Below are positions 20,881 to 31,232 of a stretch of DNA of 64,000 nt, in pieces. Source of the stretch: Pseudomonadales bacterium (GTDB lineage Bacteria; Pseudomonadota; Gammaproteobacteria; Pseudomonadales; IMCC2047). The notes beneath the pieces were generated by a model. That model did not search any database. It worked only from the letters and a program-made list of their open reading frames with translations, and was not told where the DNA came from. The position numbers and the translations under genes are program-made. The stretch covers positions 2,585,270 through 2,649,269 of the forward strand of contig OZ246007.1 of assembly GCA_965230515.1 (NCBI GenBank). Reading direction: 5' to 3'. The number at the start of each line of letters is the position of its first letter. Position 1 is the stretch's first letter.

Positions 20881-22079
20881 ATGCAGAAATGATCCGTTGT
20901 GCCAATGATCTGAAGCTTTACAACCGTCTGCTTGAGGAGCAGGAAGTTAAGCAGGTCAGGGAGTGGATAGGGCGAAAGGAGGAGAAAGGGCCGCTCGGTA
21001 CTCGCAGACATCTGCTTTCCACCTCTGTTCGTTTAAGTCGCAGCATGGCTCCCGGGCTCCATCAAATGGCTGATCACTGTGGTGAAAGACTTGGCCTGAG
21101 TATTCCTCTGGAGCTCTATGCCTATTCAAGTCCGCAGTTTAATGCCGCTTGTTTTAAGCCGGAGGAGGGTAGACTGTTTATTATGTTTTCCTCCAGTTTG
21201 CTGGAAGCCTTTTCAGAAAAGGAGTTGCTGTTTGTAATGGGCCATGAGCTGGGACATCATGTATATCAGCACCATGATATTCCGGTTGGCTATTTGCTTC
21301 GAGGTAAGGAACGCCCCAGAGCAAGTTTGGCACTGGAGCTGTTTGCCTGGTCACGCTATGCAGAGATTTCCGCCGATCGAGCGGGCGCTTTCTGTTCCGA
21401 AGACCTTGATGCTATCGCGCGGGCGTTGTTTAAGCTGGCATCTGGGTTGACCAGCGATAAGGTGGTTTCATTCAGCTTGAATGATTTTCTACAGCAGCTT
21501 GACGATATGATGGCAGAGGACGCAGAACCCGGTCAGGGAGCACCTATGCAGGACTGGTTTTCAACCCACCCCTTTAGTCCGTTGCGCGTTAAAGCGCTTA
21601 AACTCTTTGATGAGAGCGATATGCTGCGTGACGGTGACGCGGGGAAAGTAGAGCTGGAGATGAAGGTGCAGGGCATCATGAGTTTGATGGAGCCCAACTA
21701 CATGGATGCACGGACCGAGACTGCAGAAACGATGCGGCGGCTGCTGTTTGCCGGTGCAGTGGCTGTTGCGGATGAACTGGATGGTATCAGTGAAAATGAG
21801 CTGTCGGTGTTGAAAAGTTTCTTTGGTGATGGGTTTTCGGTCGATAATCTAAACATTCGCAAAATACACAGAGAATTGCCAAATCGGATCGAAGCCACTC
21901 GGGAACACGCCAGTATGACACAACGCATGCAGGTGCTGAGAGACCTTTGTCTGGTAGCAAAGGCGGATAGTGATACCTCTGAGGCGGAAATAAATGTTAT
22001 CAGGAATATTGCCAAAGGACTGGAGGTGCCCTGTGGTTTTGTCTTTCAGTGCATGGAAGAGAGTGTGGAACTGGATTAG
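20877..22079 (+). CDS. M48 family zinc metallopeptidase with C-terminal TerB/DjlA-N-like repeats
   Basis: HExxH in [15 protein letters not shown]. The C-terminal half has two TerB-like helical units. The ATG overlaps the cobB stop (ATGA). Confidence 0.65.
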   Translation: MNAEMIRCANDLKLYNRLLEEQEVKQVREWIGRKEEKGPLGTRRHLLSTSVRLSRSMAPGLHQMADHCGERLGLSIPLELYAYSSPQFNAACFKPEEGRLFIMFSSSLLEAFSEKELLFVMGHELGHHVYQHHDIPVGYLLRGKERPRASLALELFAWSRYAEISADRAGAFCSEDLDAIARALFKLASGLTSDKVVSFSLNDFLQQLDDMMAEDAEPGQGAPMQDWFSTHPFSPLRVKALKLFDESDMLRDGDAGKVELEMKVQGIMSLMEPNYMDARTETAETMRRLLFAGAVAVADELDGISENELSVLKSFFGDGFSVDNLNIRKIHRELPNRIEATREHASMTQRMQVLRDLCLVAKADSDTSEAEINVIRNIAKGLEVPCGFVFQCMEESVELD

Positions 22080-22112
22080 TGTGGTTTCTGGTGGACTCCG
22101 CAGAGGCTTGAC

Positions 22113-22526
22113 GTGTTTACGGTAAAACCGGGGCTGGTTCTCTCCGACGATGAGATTGAACTGGTTGCGATTCGTGCTCAGGGGGCGGGTGGGCAGAACG
22201 TTAATAAAGTCTCGTCGGCCATCCATCTGCGCTTTGATATACACGCATCTTCTCTTCCGGACAGTATCAAGCAAAAATTATTGCAGGTACGGGACCAGCG
22301 CATTAACAGCGATGGTGTCATTGTTATAAAAGCGCAGCGCTTTCGCACACAGGAAAAGAATCGCGAAGATGCACTACAGCGACTAAAGGGTATTTTGCTG
22401 GCAGCCACGGTCACTCAAAAAAAACGTCGCGCAACCAAGCCCAGCAAGTCATCACAGAAAAAGCGGATGGATAGTAAAACCAGGCGTGGCCGCACCAAAT
22501 CATTACGTGGAAAGGTCGTTGACTGA
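22113..22526 (+). CDS. arfB: Alternative ribosome-rescue factor ArfB (peptidyl-tRNA hydrolase, YaeJ)
   Basis: AIRAQGAGGQNVNKVSSAIHLRFDI is collinear with E. coli ArfB. GGQ motif and basic C-terminal tail present. GTG start. Confidence 0.85.
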   Translation: MFTVKPGLVLSDDEIELVAIRAQGAGGQNVNKVSSAIHLRFDIHASSLPDSIKQKLLQVRDQRINSDGVIVIKAQRFRTQEKNREDALQRLKGILLAATVTQKKRRATKPSKSSQKKRMDSKTRRGRTKSLRGKVVD

Positions 22527-22580
22527 TCCACAGCAGACATATATTTTCCTGAAAATTCATGCCGCCAAAATGTTTGGGTT

Positions 22581-25103
22581 TTAGTATTCTAGTTCAGCTG
22601 CGTAGCCATCGTTGCTGATAGCAAAAACTCGAGGATTGTGTTGCTCGAGGTTCTGAAAAAGTGTTGTTGGCAGCACGAAATGAAATCCCGCAAGTGCCCC
22701 TTTGGCCTGATATTTAGTAGATTGACCTCTGCGCATGTGAGTGTTACCGACATGGATGAAACGGTTGTTATGAAACACCACCAACTCTTTTACGGCTGTC
22801 TTGTTCGCAATGTCCAGCGCCCAGCCGAATAGTTCAACTGAACCGTCACCCTGCTGAAATAATTCCAGCTTACCTTTGAGTCGGTTTTTTACGATAGGGA
22901 ACTGTTGGTCCGGGTTTAATTGCTGTAATAATGCTTTATCACCGGAATTCTCAAGCCTGTAACTGGGTATCGTGTGAAGCGAAGCTTCTTGAGCAAGGAG
23001 TTGGGTTTTCCGGTTTGAATCTTCTTTGATTAAATACAGCTGCATTCTGTTTTTTCCCTGTATGAAGAACTGTTCAGGAAGCATTGCTGAAAACCGGTTA
23101 GCTCCATTTTCGTCACGATATACGCGGGTAACAGCTCCGATCTTATCGTTAATTGCAATTGCAATGCGCCACTGCTGCTTTTGTTCGGGTGCAGAAACAA
23201 GTGTGCCACGAACCCGTGCGGGAATGAATCCGCTATCCAAATCTACATTTTGATACAAAGAGCCATCTTTCAATGTGGCTTTGAAATCAGGCATGCTGGT
23301 AACCTTGAATAGACTAATATCCTGCCCGAAAAACTGGTTGTTCTTTCCAAATCTATAAACAGTGGTTGGATCTTTGCTGTTCGAAAAATGATCAAGCTTC
23401 CAGCCCAATGTCTTATACATCTCTGAAAATTCTGTTTGGGTCTGGTGTTTCCTAAAGTGACGGTAGCCATAGTAAGCAGTTTTCATTGGGCGATGAGTAT
23501 CGGCTACCAGCCAATCACTGATTAGTGGTTGGCCATCAAATGTATATTTGGTTTTTATGCCGGTTTCTTGAAGGATTGTGGGTAATATATCAATGGTTTC
23601 AGTGTTTTGGTCAGAGATAACACTCTCTTTCTGAAACGGCTTTTTAATGAAAAGTGGTACAGGTAATATATCGCGATTCAAATTGTCCGCAGGGGGAGGC
23701 CCTCGCCGAGCGCTATCGGTGCGGAAACTGACACCATGATCGGCGGTAATCACGATCAGCGATTGATCATAGAGGCCCTCTTTCTTTAACTGGTTTACCA
23801 GGTTTCCCAGTAGAGTATCAGCGGCCATCAACTGAAGAAGAAACCGCTGATAGGCTTGGGTGACAAGCTCTTCGTCGTTGTTCCAGCGCTCGTTACGGAA
23901 ATTAAGTCCGGGAATATCCCAGCCGCCTTGGTAGCTCTTGCCAGAAGGTAGATATTGATAGGGCACATGTGGGAAGTTCATGTGAATAAAGTTCAGGCTG
24001 GGTTTTCTGGTGGGCTTGATCGAATTGATAAAAGCCTGAATCTGTTGCCATCGACCACCATAGGCGTGACGTTGTGTTTTGTTTCCAGTTTGCGGTGCGT
24101 CAGACTGCCAAAAGTCGCCCCAGGATTGGTTGATGCTGGGTAGACTTTCGCTCATCTTAGATGGCAATAGTAAATGTAGATAAACCAGAGAGGCGTCCGA
24201 CAGTAGCATTTGCAATCGTTCATTGAGTGACTTAAGGCGCTCTGGTGAAATCGCACACTGATCTTTGGGACATAATCGAGTGGGCCCCTCATAGACATTC
24301 ATAGCGTATTTTTGCCCCAGAAGGGTAAATAAATTTTGAGGATAGTTTTTCAGGGAAGGTGATTGAAATTTTTTCGGATAGTTGCCGGATAAAATCGCCG
24401 GGACCGCAAGTTTGGTGCTGGTGGCGACGGTAGTGCTATTGCGAAACCAGAATGCATTTTCGCTAAAAGCCTTGAAATGGGGAAAAAGATTCCCGTCAAC
24501 CAGGTGATTGCTATCCATAAGGCCAGTGAGTGCCAATTCGTCGAAAAGCAGGAAAACTACCGGTGGTGAATTGTCTAGAGTATGAGAGAGATCAGTTTTT
24601 TGGTGATGGTTGACGTCCGGGTTGCTCATATCCCCCAGTGGGCTACGCCAAACAAATATTAATGGCACAGCAATCAGGGAAACTGATAAAAAAGAGGCAA
24701 ATCGTTGTATGAAAAGTAGGCGATGATAAGCGATGGTTAGGGCGGTTCCAAGCAACAATGCAATAGCAATACAGGTAACGGGATACTTATCCAGACCGGC
24801 ATTTTTGAGGACCGGCAACAAAAGCAGACTTGTCAGGATAGCGAGTATTGTGCGGTGTAGGAATACACCGGAAACCTTATGCATTCGATGTAAGGCTAAT
24901 GTGGTCAACGCGACTAACAGTGGCAAGATCCAGCTTAAAAGGGCGGGAAGTAACAGCAGGTCGATTAGCTCAATGTCCCGGCCGATAAAAAAGTCAGCAT
25001 TCTGGCCGAGTAACTCCAGAGTGGGTTGTGCTATGGCTAATACGCATAGGGTGGTCAAGTGCAAAAGTTGCCAATAAAAACGGTCCCTGTCTACCAACGT
25101 CAT
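22581..25103 (-). CDS. Membrane-anchored sulfatase/alkaline-phosphatase superfamily protein (LTA synthase / phosphoglycerol-transferase-like)
   Basis: About 5 N-terminal TM segments. Sulfatase-type core (VVFLLFDELAL ... ITADHGVSF). Long C-terminal extension of unknown fold. Confidence 0.65.
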   Translation of the reverse strand: MTLVDRDRFYWQLLHLTTLCVLAIAQPTLELLGQNADFFIGRDIELIDLLLLPALLSWILPLLVALTTLALHRMHKVSGVFLHRTILAILTSLLLLPVLKNAGLDKYPVTCIAIALLLGTALTIAYHRLLFIQRFASFLSVSLIAVPLIFVWRSPLGDMSNPDVNHHQKTDLSHTLDNSPPVVFLLFDELALTGLMDSNHLVDGNLFPHFKAFSENAFWFRNSTTVATSTKLAVPAILSGNYPKKFQSPSLKNYPQNLFTLLGQKYAMNVYEGPTRLCPKDQCAISPERLKSLNERLQMLLSDASLVYLHLLLPSKMSESLPSINQSWGDFWQSDAPQTGNKTQRHAYGGRWQQIQAFINSIKPTRKPSLNFIHMNFPHVPYQYLPSGKSYQGGWDIPGLNFRNERWNNDEELVTQAYQRFLLQLMAADTLLGNLVNQLKKEGLYDQSLIVITADHGVSFRTDSARRGPPPADNLNRDILPVPLFIKKPFQKESVISDQNTETIDILPTILQETGIKTKYTFDGQPLISDWLVADTHRPMKTAYYGYRHFRKHQTQTEFSEMYKTLGWKLDHFSNSKDPTTVYRFGKNNQFFGQDISLFKVTSMPDFKATLKDGSLYQNVDLDSGFIPARVRGTLVSAPEQKQQWRIAIAINDKIGAVTRVYRDENGANRFSAMLPEQFFIQGKNRMQLYLIKEDSNRKTQLLAQEASLHTIPSYRLENSGDKALLQQLNPDQQFPIVKNRLKGKLELFQQGDGSVELFGWALDIANKTAVKELVVFHNNRFIHVGNTHMRRGQSTKYQAKGALAGFHFVLPTTLFQNLEQHNPRVFAISNDGYAAELEY

Positions 25104-25355
25104 TATTCATTCCCTCAAATACTGATTATGCTATTTTTTAGCGATTGCAAGCCTAGCCTGTTCGCCAGCGAAAATAAAGTATAGTGGTTAAAGATGAACA
25201 GTGACTTAACGAGGTCAAAACAGGACAGTTTAATCAATTGGTCCAATTGATTGCCAGATGTTGCCTTTAAACGACCTATACCATTCGTGCTGCATTTCCA
25301 CTGCACAATGATCAAAAGAGCTATATGATAGGCGCTTTTAATCAGGGGGCATCTC

Positions 25356-27524
25356 ATGTCCAATACAATGAGCCAACAACAGGCGTGGCTGGCCACCTGC
25401 CCTAAAGGTCTGGAAGCGTTGCTTGCTGATGAGCTCTCTGCGCTGGGTGCAGAGCAGGTCAAACAAACGGTTGCTGCTGTACACTTTTGTGGTCCGCTGG
25501 AGACCGCTTATAAAGCCTGCCTTTGGTCGCGGCTGGCAAATCGTGTTTTATTGCCGCTAACCCGGTTTGAACTGCATAGTGCTGATGATATTTATACCCA
25601 CTGTCTGGAAGTTTCCTGGGAAGACCATCTGTCAGCCAGTGATAGTATTATGGTCGATTTTATAGGTACTTCACGGTTTGTCGACCACACTACATTTGGC
25701 GCGCAACGCGTAAAAGATGCAATTGTAGACCGAATACGCAAAGCAGAGGGCGAACGCCCCAGTGTGGATCTGCAAAATCCTGACCTGAGGTTTCAGGCAC
25801 GGTTACACAAGGGGGTTGTGACTGTCTCTCTGGATCTATCAGGAGAGAGTTTGCACCGGCGCAGTTATCGCAGTGAGCAAAGCCGTACATCCATCAAGGA
25901 AAATTTGGCGGCAGCGCTTTTATTGAGATCGGGCTGGCCAGAGTGGGTCAATCAGCAAGCCGCACTGCTTGATCCGTTGTGTGGTGATGCAACCTTGTTA
26001 ATTGAGGGTGCCATGATGGCTGCGGATATCGCTCCCGGAGCGTTACGTATTGGCCATCATTATGGCTTTTTGGCCTGGAAGCATCACGATCCGTGTTTGT
26101 GGAACAGGTTGAGTCGTGAAGCACAACAAAGAAAAAGCGATGGTCTGCATCGTCTGAGCCTGGATATTTGCGGCTACAAAAGTAACCCTCATACTGTTCA
26201 GCTTGCGCTGCAGAATGTAAAGCTTGCGGGTCTGGATGCGCATATTCGAATCGCTCACAAACCCTTGCAGCAGTTTGGTAAACCAACTGCGGAGAAGGGT
26301 TTGTTGTTGACCAGCCCTCCCTACTTTGAGCGACCCGGTGAGCAGAAACGTCTTAAACCGATATACACCAAACTGGGTCAGGTATTGCAGAAGAATTTTG
26401 GCGGTTGGCGAGCGGCAGTCTTTACCGGCAACACTGATATGGCACGTGCCATGGATCTCTCGCCAAGCAAGCAGTATAAGCTGTTTAATGGCGTTATTCC
26501 CTGCAAACTGCTGTGCTTTGATGACCTGCGCTCCAAGTCGGCTTTGATCGAACAGCGCTTAAAAACTGCGCCGCCAGAGCGCGAGCTGAGCGAAGGCGCG
26601 CAAATGTTACTCAATCGGCTAAAGAAAAATAACCGCAGGCTGAGTAACTGGCTCAAACAGTCTGGTACCAGTTGTTATCGGCTGTATGATGCCGATATTC
26701 CCGAGTATGCCGTTGCCATTGATTTTTATGGGGAAGCGGTACATGTACAGGAATACGCCGCACCACCGTCGATTCCTGAATATCAGGCACGACAACGTTT
26801 TATGGAGGTCAGGCAGGCGCTAAAAGCCTATCGGCCTACTGCCCAGATCTTTTTCAAGGAGCGTCGCAGACAAAAGGGAAGCAATCAGTACAGTAAGCAG
26901 GTGGCTCCAAAATCACACGTCTTTACCGTCCACGAGGGGCCGGCGAACCTGGAAGTGAATCTATCGGATTACCTGGACACGGGGCTGTTTCTGGATCACA
27001 GGCCAGTGCGTAAAATGATTCGCGAGATGGCGCAGGATAAGCGCTTTCTCAACCTGTTTTGTTATACCGCGGCGGCATCGATTTATGCCGCACATGGGGG
27101 CGCAGCCAAAACACTGAGCATTGATCTGTCCAATACCTATCTGGATTGGGCGCGGCGAAATTTTGAACTTAATGGTCTGAGTGACAAGCAAAACCCACTG
27201 ATGCGTGCAGATTGTCTTGAATGGTTGAAACGCGGGGTTGGTGAGTTCGACCTGATATTTCTGGATCCGCCAACCTTCTCCAACTCAAAAAAAATGCAGG
27301 CGGTGCTCGATGTTCAGCGGGACCATGTAGAACTGATACGCGGCGCTATGGCGAAGCTTTCGCCTGAAGGTACGCTGCTGTTCTCCAATAATTTCCGAAA
27401 ATTCAAGATGGACCCGAACATCAGCAAGGAGTTTGCGGTCAACAATATCACTGAGCAGACTTTTGATCCGGATTTTCAAAGAAACCAGCGGATTCACAAT
27501 GTGTGGAAAATTGAGCATCCATAA
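25356..27524 (+). CDS. rlmL: Bifunctional 23S rRNA m2G2445/m7G2069 methyltransferase RlmKL
   Basis: 722 aa. N-terminal THUMP-like region, an SPPY motif in the first MTase domain and an FLDPPTFSNSK motif in the C-terminal MTase domain. Confidence 0.85.
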   Translation: MSNTMSQQQAWLATCPKGLEALLADELSALGAEQVKQTVAAVHFCGPLETAYKACLWSRLANRVLLPLTRFELHSADDIYTHCLEVSWEDHLSASDSIMVDFIGTSRFVDHTTFGAQRVKDAIVDRIRKAEGERPSVDLQNPDLRFQARLHKGVVTVSLDLSGESLHRRSYRSEQSRTSIKENLAAALLLRSGWPEWVNQQAALLDPLCGDATLLIEGAMMAADIAPGALRIGHHYGFLAWKHHDPCLWNRLSREAQQRKSDGLHRLSLDICGYKSNPHTVQLALQNVKLAGLDAHIRIAHKPLQQFGKPTAEKGLLLTSPPYFERPGEQKRLKPIYTKLGQVLQKNFGGWRAAVFTGNTDMARAMDLSPSKQYKLFNGVIPCKLLCFDDLRSKSALIEQRLKTAPPERELSEGAQMLLNRLKKNNRRLSNWLKQSGTSCYRLYDADIPEYAVAIDFYGEAVHVQEYAAPPSIPEYQARQRFMEVRQALKAYRPTAQIFFKERRRQKGSNQYSKQVAPKSHVFTVHEGPANLEVNLSDYLDTGLFLDHRPVRKMIREMAQDKRFLNLFCYTAAASIYAAHGGAAKTLSIDLSNTYLDWARRNFELNGLSDKQNPLMRADCLEWLKRGVGEFDLIFLDPPTFSNSKKMQAVLDVQRDHVELIRGAMAKLSPEGTLLFSNNFRKFKMDPNISKEFAVNNITEQTFDPDFQRNQRIHNVWKIEHP

Positions 27525-27725
27525 AAGTCAGGGAGCCTCTGAGCAAGTCATGCTTATTCAAAGGCTTCCTGGTCAAATCCCCTGAAACTGAAAGTACCCT
27601 TTTCCTTCTACCTTCCCGGTTAAATTTATTTACTTCTATTTAACCCGATTTCGTGCCACTCCCGTTTACATCATTAGGCGCTGTGAAAAGCAGAACCTGA
27701 AAACACTCAATATAAGGAGTTCACG

Positions 27726-29516
27726 ATGAAGTACCCAATTAAACAGATACTGGTAATTGCCATCTCCGCTGTCATAGGAGGTTGTGCGCATGATATCGAT
27801 GAAACGACACAGGTTCAGGAACATCAGCCTATAGTGAATGATCAGGCAGTCCGGCAGCAACCATCGGTAGTTGAAGTAAAGCAGGAGCCGCAACCAGCAA
27901 CGGTTAAGGAAAACAGATCAGATAGCGCGCAGTCAGCGCCGCTGGTCAGGCATACGGCTCAGGGCGGTAGTCGATTGGCCACGAAGAAAGTGAAGATGCA
28001 GCCCTTCATGCCTGCTGGTGTTATTGAGCAGGAGCATTGGGAAGTATTGCCGCAGGATGATGAAAACTACCGTGCCCGCGATGAAAACCCCTTGCGTTTG
28101 GTGGTGGATGATCCGGTCAGTACTTTCAGTATTGATGTAGACACCGGTTCCTATACGAATGCGCGCCGCTTTTTACGCAATGGACGCGTACCCCATATCG
28201 ATTCCATTCGAACGGAGGAGTTTATCAACTATTTCAGCTATTCCTATCCTCAAGCAGAATCCCGTGATGCGCCCTTCAGTGTTTATACGGAAATTGCACC
28301 GAGTCCCTGGGCGAAAGGCAAGCATTTGTTGCATGTCGGCCTGCAGGGTTTTGATGTGTCACCTGAACAGTTGCCGCCGGCCAATCTGGTGTTTCTGGTA
28401 GATGTGTCGGGCTCTATGAATCAGCCAAACAAACTGCCGCTGTTAAAAACCTCCCTGAATCTGCTTACCAAACAGCTTAACGCCAGGGACAAGGTCAGCA
28501 TAGTGGCCTATGCCGGAGCTGCCGGGGTTGTGCTCAAACCCACACCCGGTAATGACAGTCTGTCCATTAATGCGGCGCTTAACCGCTTGCGTGCGGGTGG
28601 CTCTACTAACGGCGAGGCGGGAATTCAGTTGGCTTATTCTGTTGCACAACAGGGTTTCGTTAAAGACGGTATCAATCGAATTATTCTCGCGACGGACGGT
28701 GATTTTAACGTGGGTACATCGAGTGTGGATGCGCTCAAGCGTCTCATTGAGCAGAAAAGGAGATCTGGTATCTCCCTGACGACCCTGGGTTTTGGTATGG
28801 GTAATTACAATGATGCGCTGATGAATGAACTGGCAGAAATTGGTAACGGCAACGCTGCCTATGTTGATACTGCGCTGGAGGCGCGTAAGGTGCTGGTTGA
28901 TGAGGTCAGCTCAACTCTGTTTACCATCGCAAAGGATGTAAAAATTCAAATTGAATTTTCTCCGCGGGTTCAGGAATACCGGTTGGTTGGATATGAGAGC
29001 CGCATGCTAAACCGTGAAGATTTTAATAATGATGCTAAAGACGCAGGAGAGATTGGAGCCGGTCATACCGTGACAGCTCTTTATGAAATCACTCTCGTTG
29101 GTAGTGATGCGGCCAGTGTTGATCCGCTGCGCTACCCGCACAAAAAATTCCAGCGCCCTTCAGTGACTCTCGGCGATGAACTCGCTTTTCTCAAGTTACG
29201 TTACAAGCTTCCTGCGGAGTCCAAAAGCCGGTTGATCGAAAAACCGATCTATATTCGGGATATTCAATCAGAGGGAGGTGTTGCCAGTGATAGTTTTCGG
29301 TTCAGTGCGGCGGTCGCAGCGTTTGCGCAGAAACTTCGTGCTGGTGATTATGTCGGTAGCATGAACTACTCGGATATCGCTGCGTTGGCCAAAGGTGCTC
29401 AGGGTAAGGATGAATTTGGCTACCGTAACGAATTCATACGTCTGGTGAAGATGGCGGACACATTGCAGTTAGCCGGAAATGCAGCCCAGCAACAGCCGAT
29501 ACACAGGGTGCATTAA
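27726..29516 (+). CDS. vWA-domain lipoprotein (YfbK-like, vWA + C-terminal DUF3520-like region)
   Basis: Lipobox (VIGGC). MIDAS motif DVSGSM within LVFLVDVSGSMNQPNKLPLLK. Confidence 0.75.
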   Translation: MKYPIKQILVIAISAVIGGCAHDIDETTQVQEHQPIVNDQAVRQQPSVVEVKQEPQPATVKENRSDSAQSAPLVRHTAQGGSRLATKKVKMQPFMPAGVIEQEHWEVLPQDDENYRARDENPLRLVVDDPVSTFSIDVDTGSYTNARRFLRNGRVPHIDSIRTEEFINYFSYSYPQAESRDAPFSVYTEIAPSPWAKGKHLLHVGLQGFDVSPEQLPPANLVFLVDVSGSMNQPNKLPLLKTSLNLLTKQLNARDKVSIVAYAGAAGVVLKPTPGNDSLSINAALNRLRAGGSTNGEAGIQLAYSVAQQGFVKDGINRIILATDGDFNVGTSSVDALKRLIEQKRRSGISLTTLGFGMGNYNDALMNELAEIGNGNAAYVDTALEARKVLVDEVSSTLFTIAKDVKIQIEFSPRVQEYRLVGYESRMLNREDFNNDAKDAGEIGAGHTVTALYEITLVGSDAASVDPLRYPHKKFQRPSVTLGDELAFLKLRYKLPAESKSRLIEKPIYIRDIQSEGGVASDSFRFSAAVAAFAQKLRAGDYVGSMNYSDIAALAKGAQGKDEFGYRNEFIRLVKMADTLQLAGNAAQQQPIHRVH

Positions 29517-29531
29517 GTAAAAGGATTCAGT

Positions 29532-30110
29532 ATGCTCTCCTGTGCGATGCAGGAACCTACGGACGAAGAACTGATGATGCGCTACGGTGGTGGAGATTAC
29601 AACGCATTTGAAACGTTGTATCAGCGCCATCGCGGCTCATTGCTGCGTTACTTGACGCGGCAACTAAGTGATCGGGCGGTAGCCGAGGAACTGTATCAGG
29701 AGGTCTGGCTCAAAGTGATTAACGCCCGTGAGCGTTATCGTAGCTCTGCCAGTTTTCGAACCTACCTTTACCACATCGCGCACAATGTGCTGATTGATTG
29801 CTATCGAAAGCAAAAGCCAGAGTCCGCAAGAGCAGAACCGATGAACGAAAACCTTGAGCAGATTGCAGATCCGATCGAAAATCCGGAGCGTCTGGTTAGT
29901 GGACAGAACCAGGTGCGAACGCTGTTGGAACTGCTGGACTGTTTGCCACAGGATCAACGAGAAACTTTTTTGCTTAAGGAAGAGGCGGGATTAACCATCG
30001 AAGAGATTGCGATTACGACTGAAACTGGTCCGGAAACGGTCAAGAGTCGTATTCGCTACGCGGTGAATAAACTGCGCAGTGGTTTGGAGGCGCGTTATGG
30101 TCGACACTAA
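29532..30110 (+). CDS. ECF-type RNA polymerase sigma factor
   Basis: Sigma-70 region 2 (ELYQEVWLKV..., YLYHIAHNVLIDCYRK) and region 4 (LPQDQRETFLLKEEAGLTIEEIA). Confidence 0.8.
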   Translation: MLSCAMQEPTDEELMMRYGGGDYNAFETLYQRHRGSLLRYLTRQLSDRAVAEELYQEVWLKVINARERYRSSASFRTYLYHIAHNVLIDCYRKQKPESARAEPMNENLEQIADPIENPERLVSGQNQVRTLLELLDCLPQDQRETFLLKEEAGLTIEEIAITTETGPETVKSRIRYAVNKLRSGLEARYGRH

Positions 30111-30972
30111 AGATCCGCATCATAACCGATCGGAGGACGATGAGTTTGTCTCAGAGCTCTATCGTGCTTCCCGGGATGAAGAATCAATGCAGGTGCCCAA
30201 AGCTCTTGATGAAGTCATTTTGGCGCAGGCCAGGCAAGCGGTTGACGGGAAAAGCGATGATGCCGGTAGCGAGGAGAGCGACAATAGAAAAGTTGTTCCG
30301 CTGCACAGGCGCTGGGAGATTCCGCTCTCAATTGCAGCCAGTTTTGTGTTGGTCACCTTTCTATATATCAATAACAAGGATGATCTGCCGGGTGTGCTGG
30401 GCATCGGTGTGCCGAAGACTAACAATGAGGAATCAATAGGCCGGAGGCCTTACACAGATGCTTCTTCTAAAAATTTAACGAGTGCTGACGAATTAAAAGC
30501 CAAACAGAGAGCGATCTCTTCTGATCGAAGCATGCGTGAAGGTGCAGCGAAACGCAAATTGGGTGCGCCGGCGGCTATGATGAAAGTGCCGCCTGCCCCT
30601 GACAGTCAAGCAACCGGGGGACGGTCGAAAGTCCATGAAGAAGCACGGCAGCAAGCCAAATCATCCTTGCAACAGCCGGCATTACTGAATCAGTACGAGA
30701 AACCGGAAAAGAAAAAAGAGATGGTGTCTGGTTTTTCAGGTGAACCCGTGGATAAGCCGCAGCTGTTTAAAATAGAAGATGACAGTAAAACGGAGGAAGC
30801 TGAACAGCAACCTTTTGAGGTAGAGGATTGGCTGGCGCGTATCAGTTTGCTGTGGCAGCGCGGTGATCTCAAAGAAGCGAAAGCTGTGCTCACGGAATTT
30901 AGAGCGCATTTTCCGGATTATTCTCTCGAATCACTCTGTTCCGGGAACGACGGGCTTTGCGATCCGGAGTAG
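30097..30972 (+). CDS. Putative single-pass anti-sigma factor / hypothetical membrane protein
   Basis: Overlaps the sigma gene stop, has one TM segment (IPLSIAASFVLVTFLYI) and a low-complexity periplasmic part. The function rests on position only. Confidence 0.4.
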   Translation: MVDTKDPHHNRSEDDEFVSELYRASRDEESMQVPKALDEVILAQARQAVDGKSDDAGSEESDNRKVVPLHRRWEIPLSIAASFVLVTFLYINNKDDLPGVLGIGVPKTNNEESIGRRPYTDASSKNLTSADELKAKQRAISSDRSMREGAAKRKLGAPAAMMKVPPAPDSQATGGRSKVHEEARQQAKSSLQQPALLNQYEKPEKKKEMVSGFSGEPVDKPQLFKIEDDSKTEEAEQQPFEVEDWLARISLLWQRGDLKEAKAVLTEFRAHFPDYSLESLCSGNDGLCDPE

Positions 30973-31232
30973 GGGTGTGCAGAAGGGAGGGACTGATATC
31001 CAGCGATCAAGCCGCTGGAGTGATGGGACATATTCAGTACGAGCCTGCTAGCGACTGTCGGATTAGCACGCGCCATTCATCAACAAACTGTTAGAATTCT
31101 GGCAATAATAACTGTATTTGATAGAATCTCCGGTCTGGAATTTTAAGCCTTCTGCCTATACATAGCAGCGGTAAGTTACTTTCTTCAATTCTTAAAAATT
31201 TTCGATAACAGCAAGCTTAATGGGCACTTACT

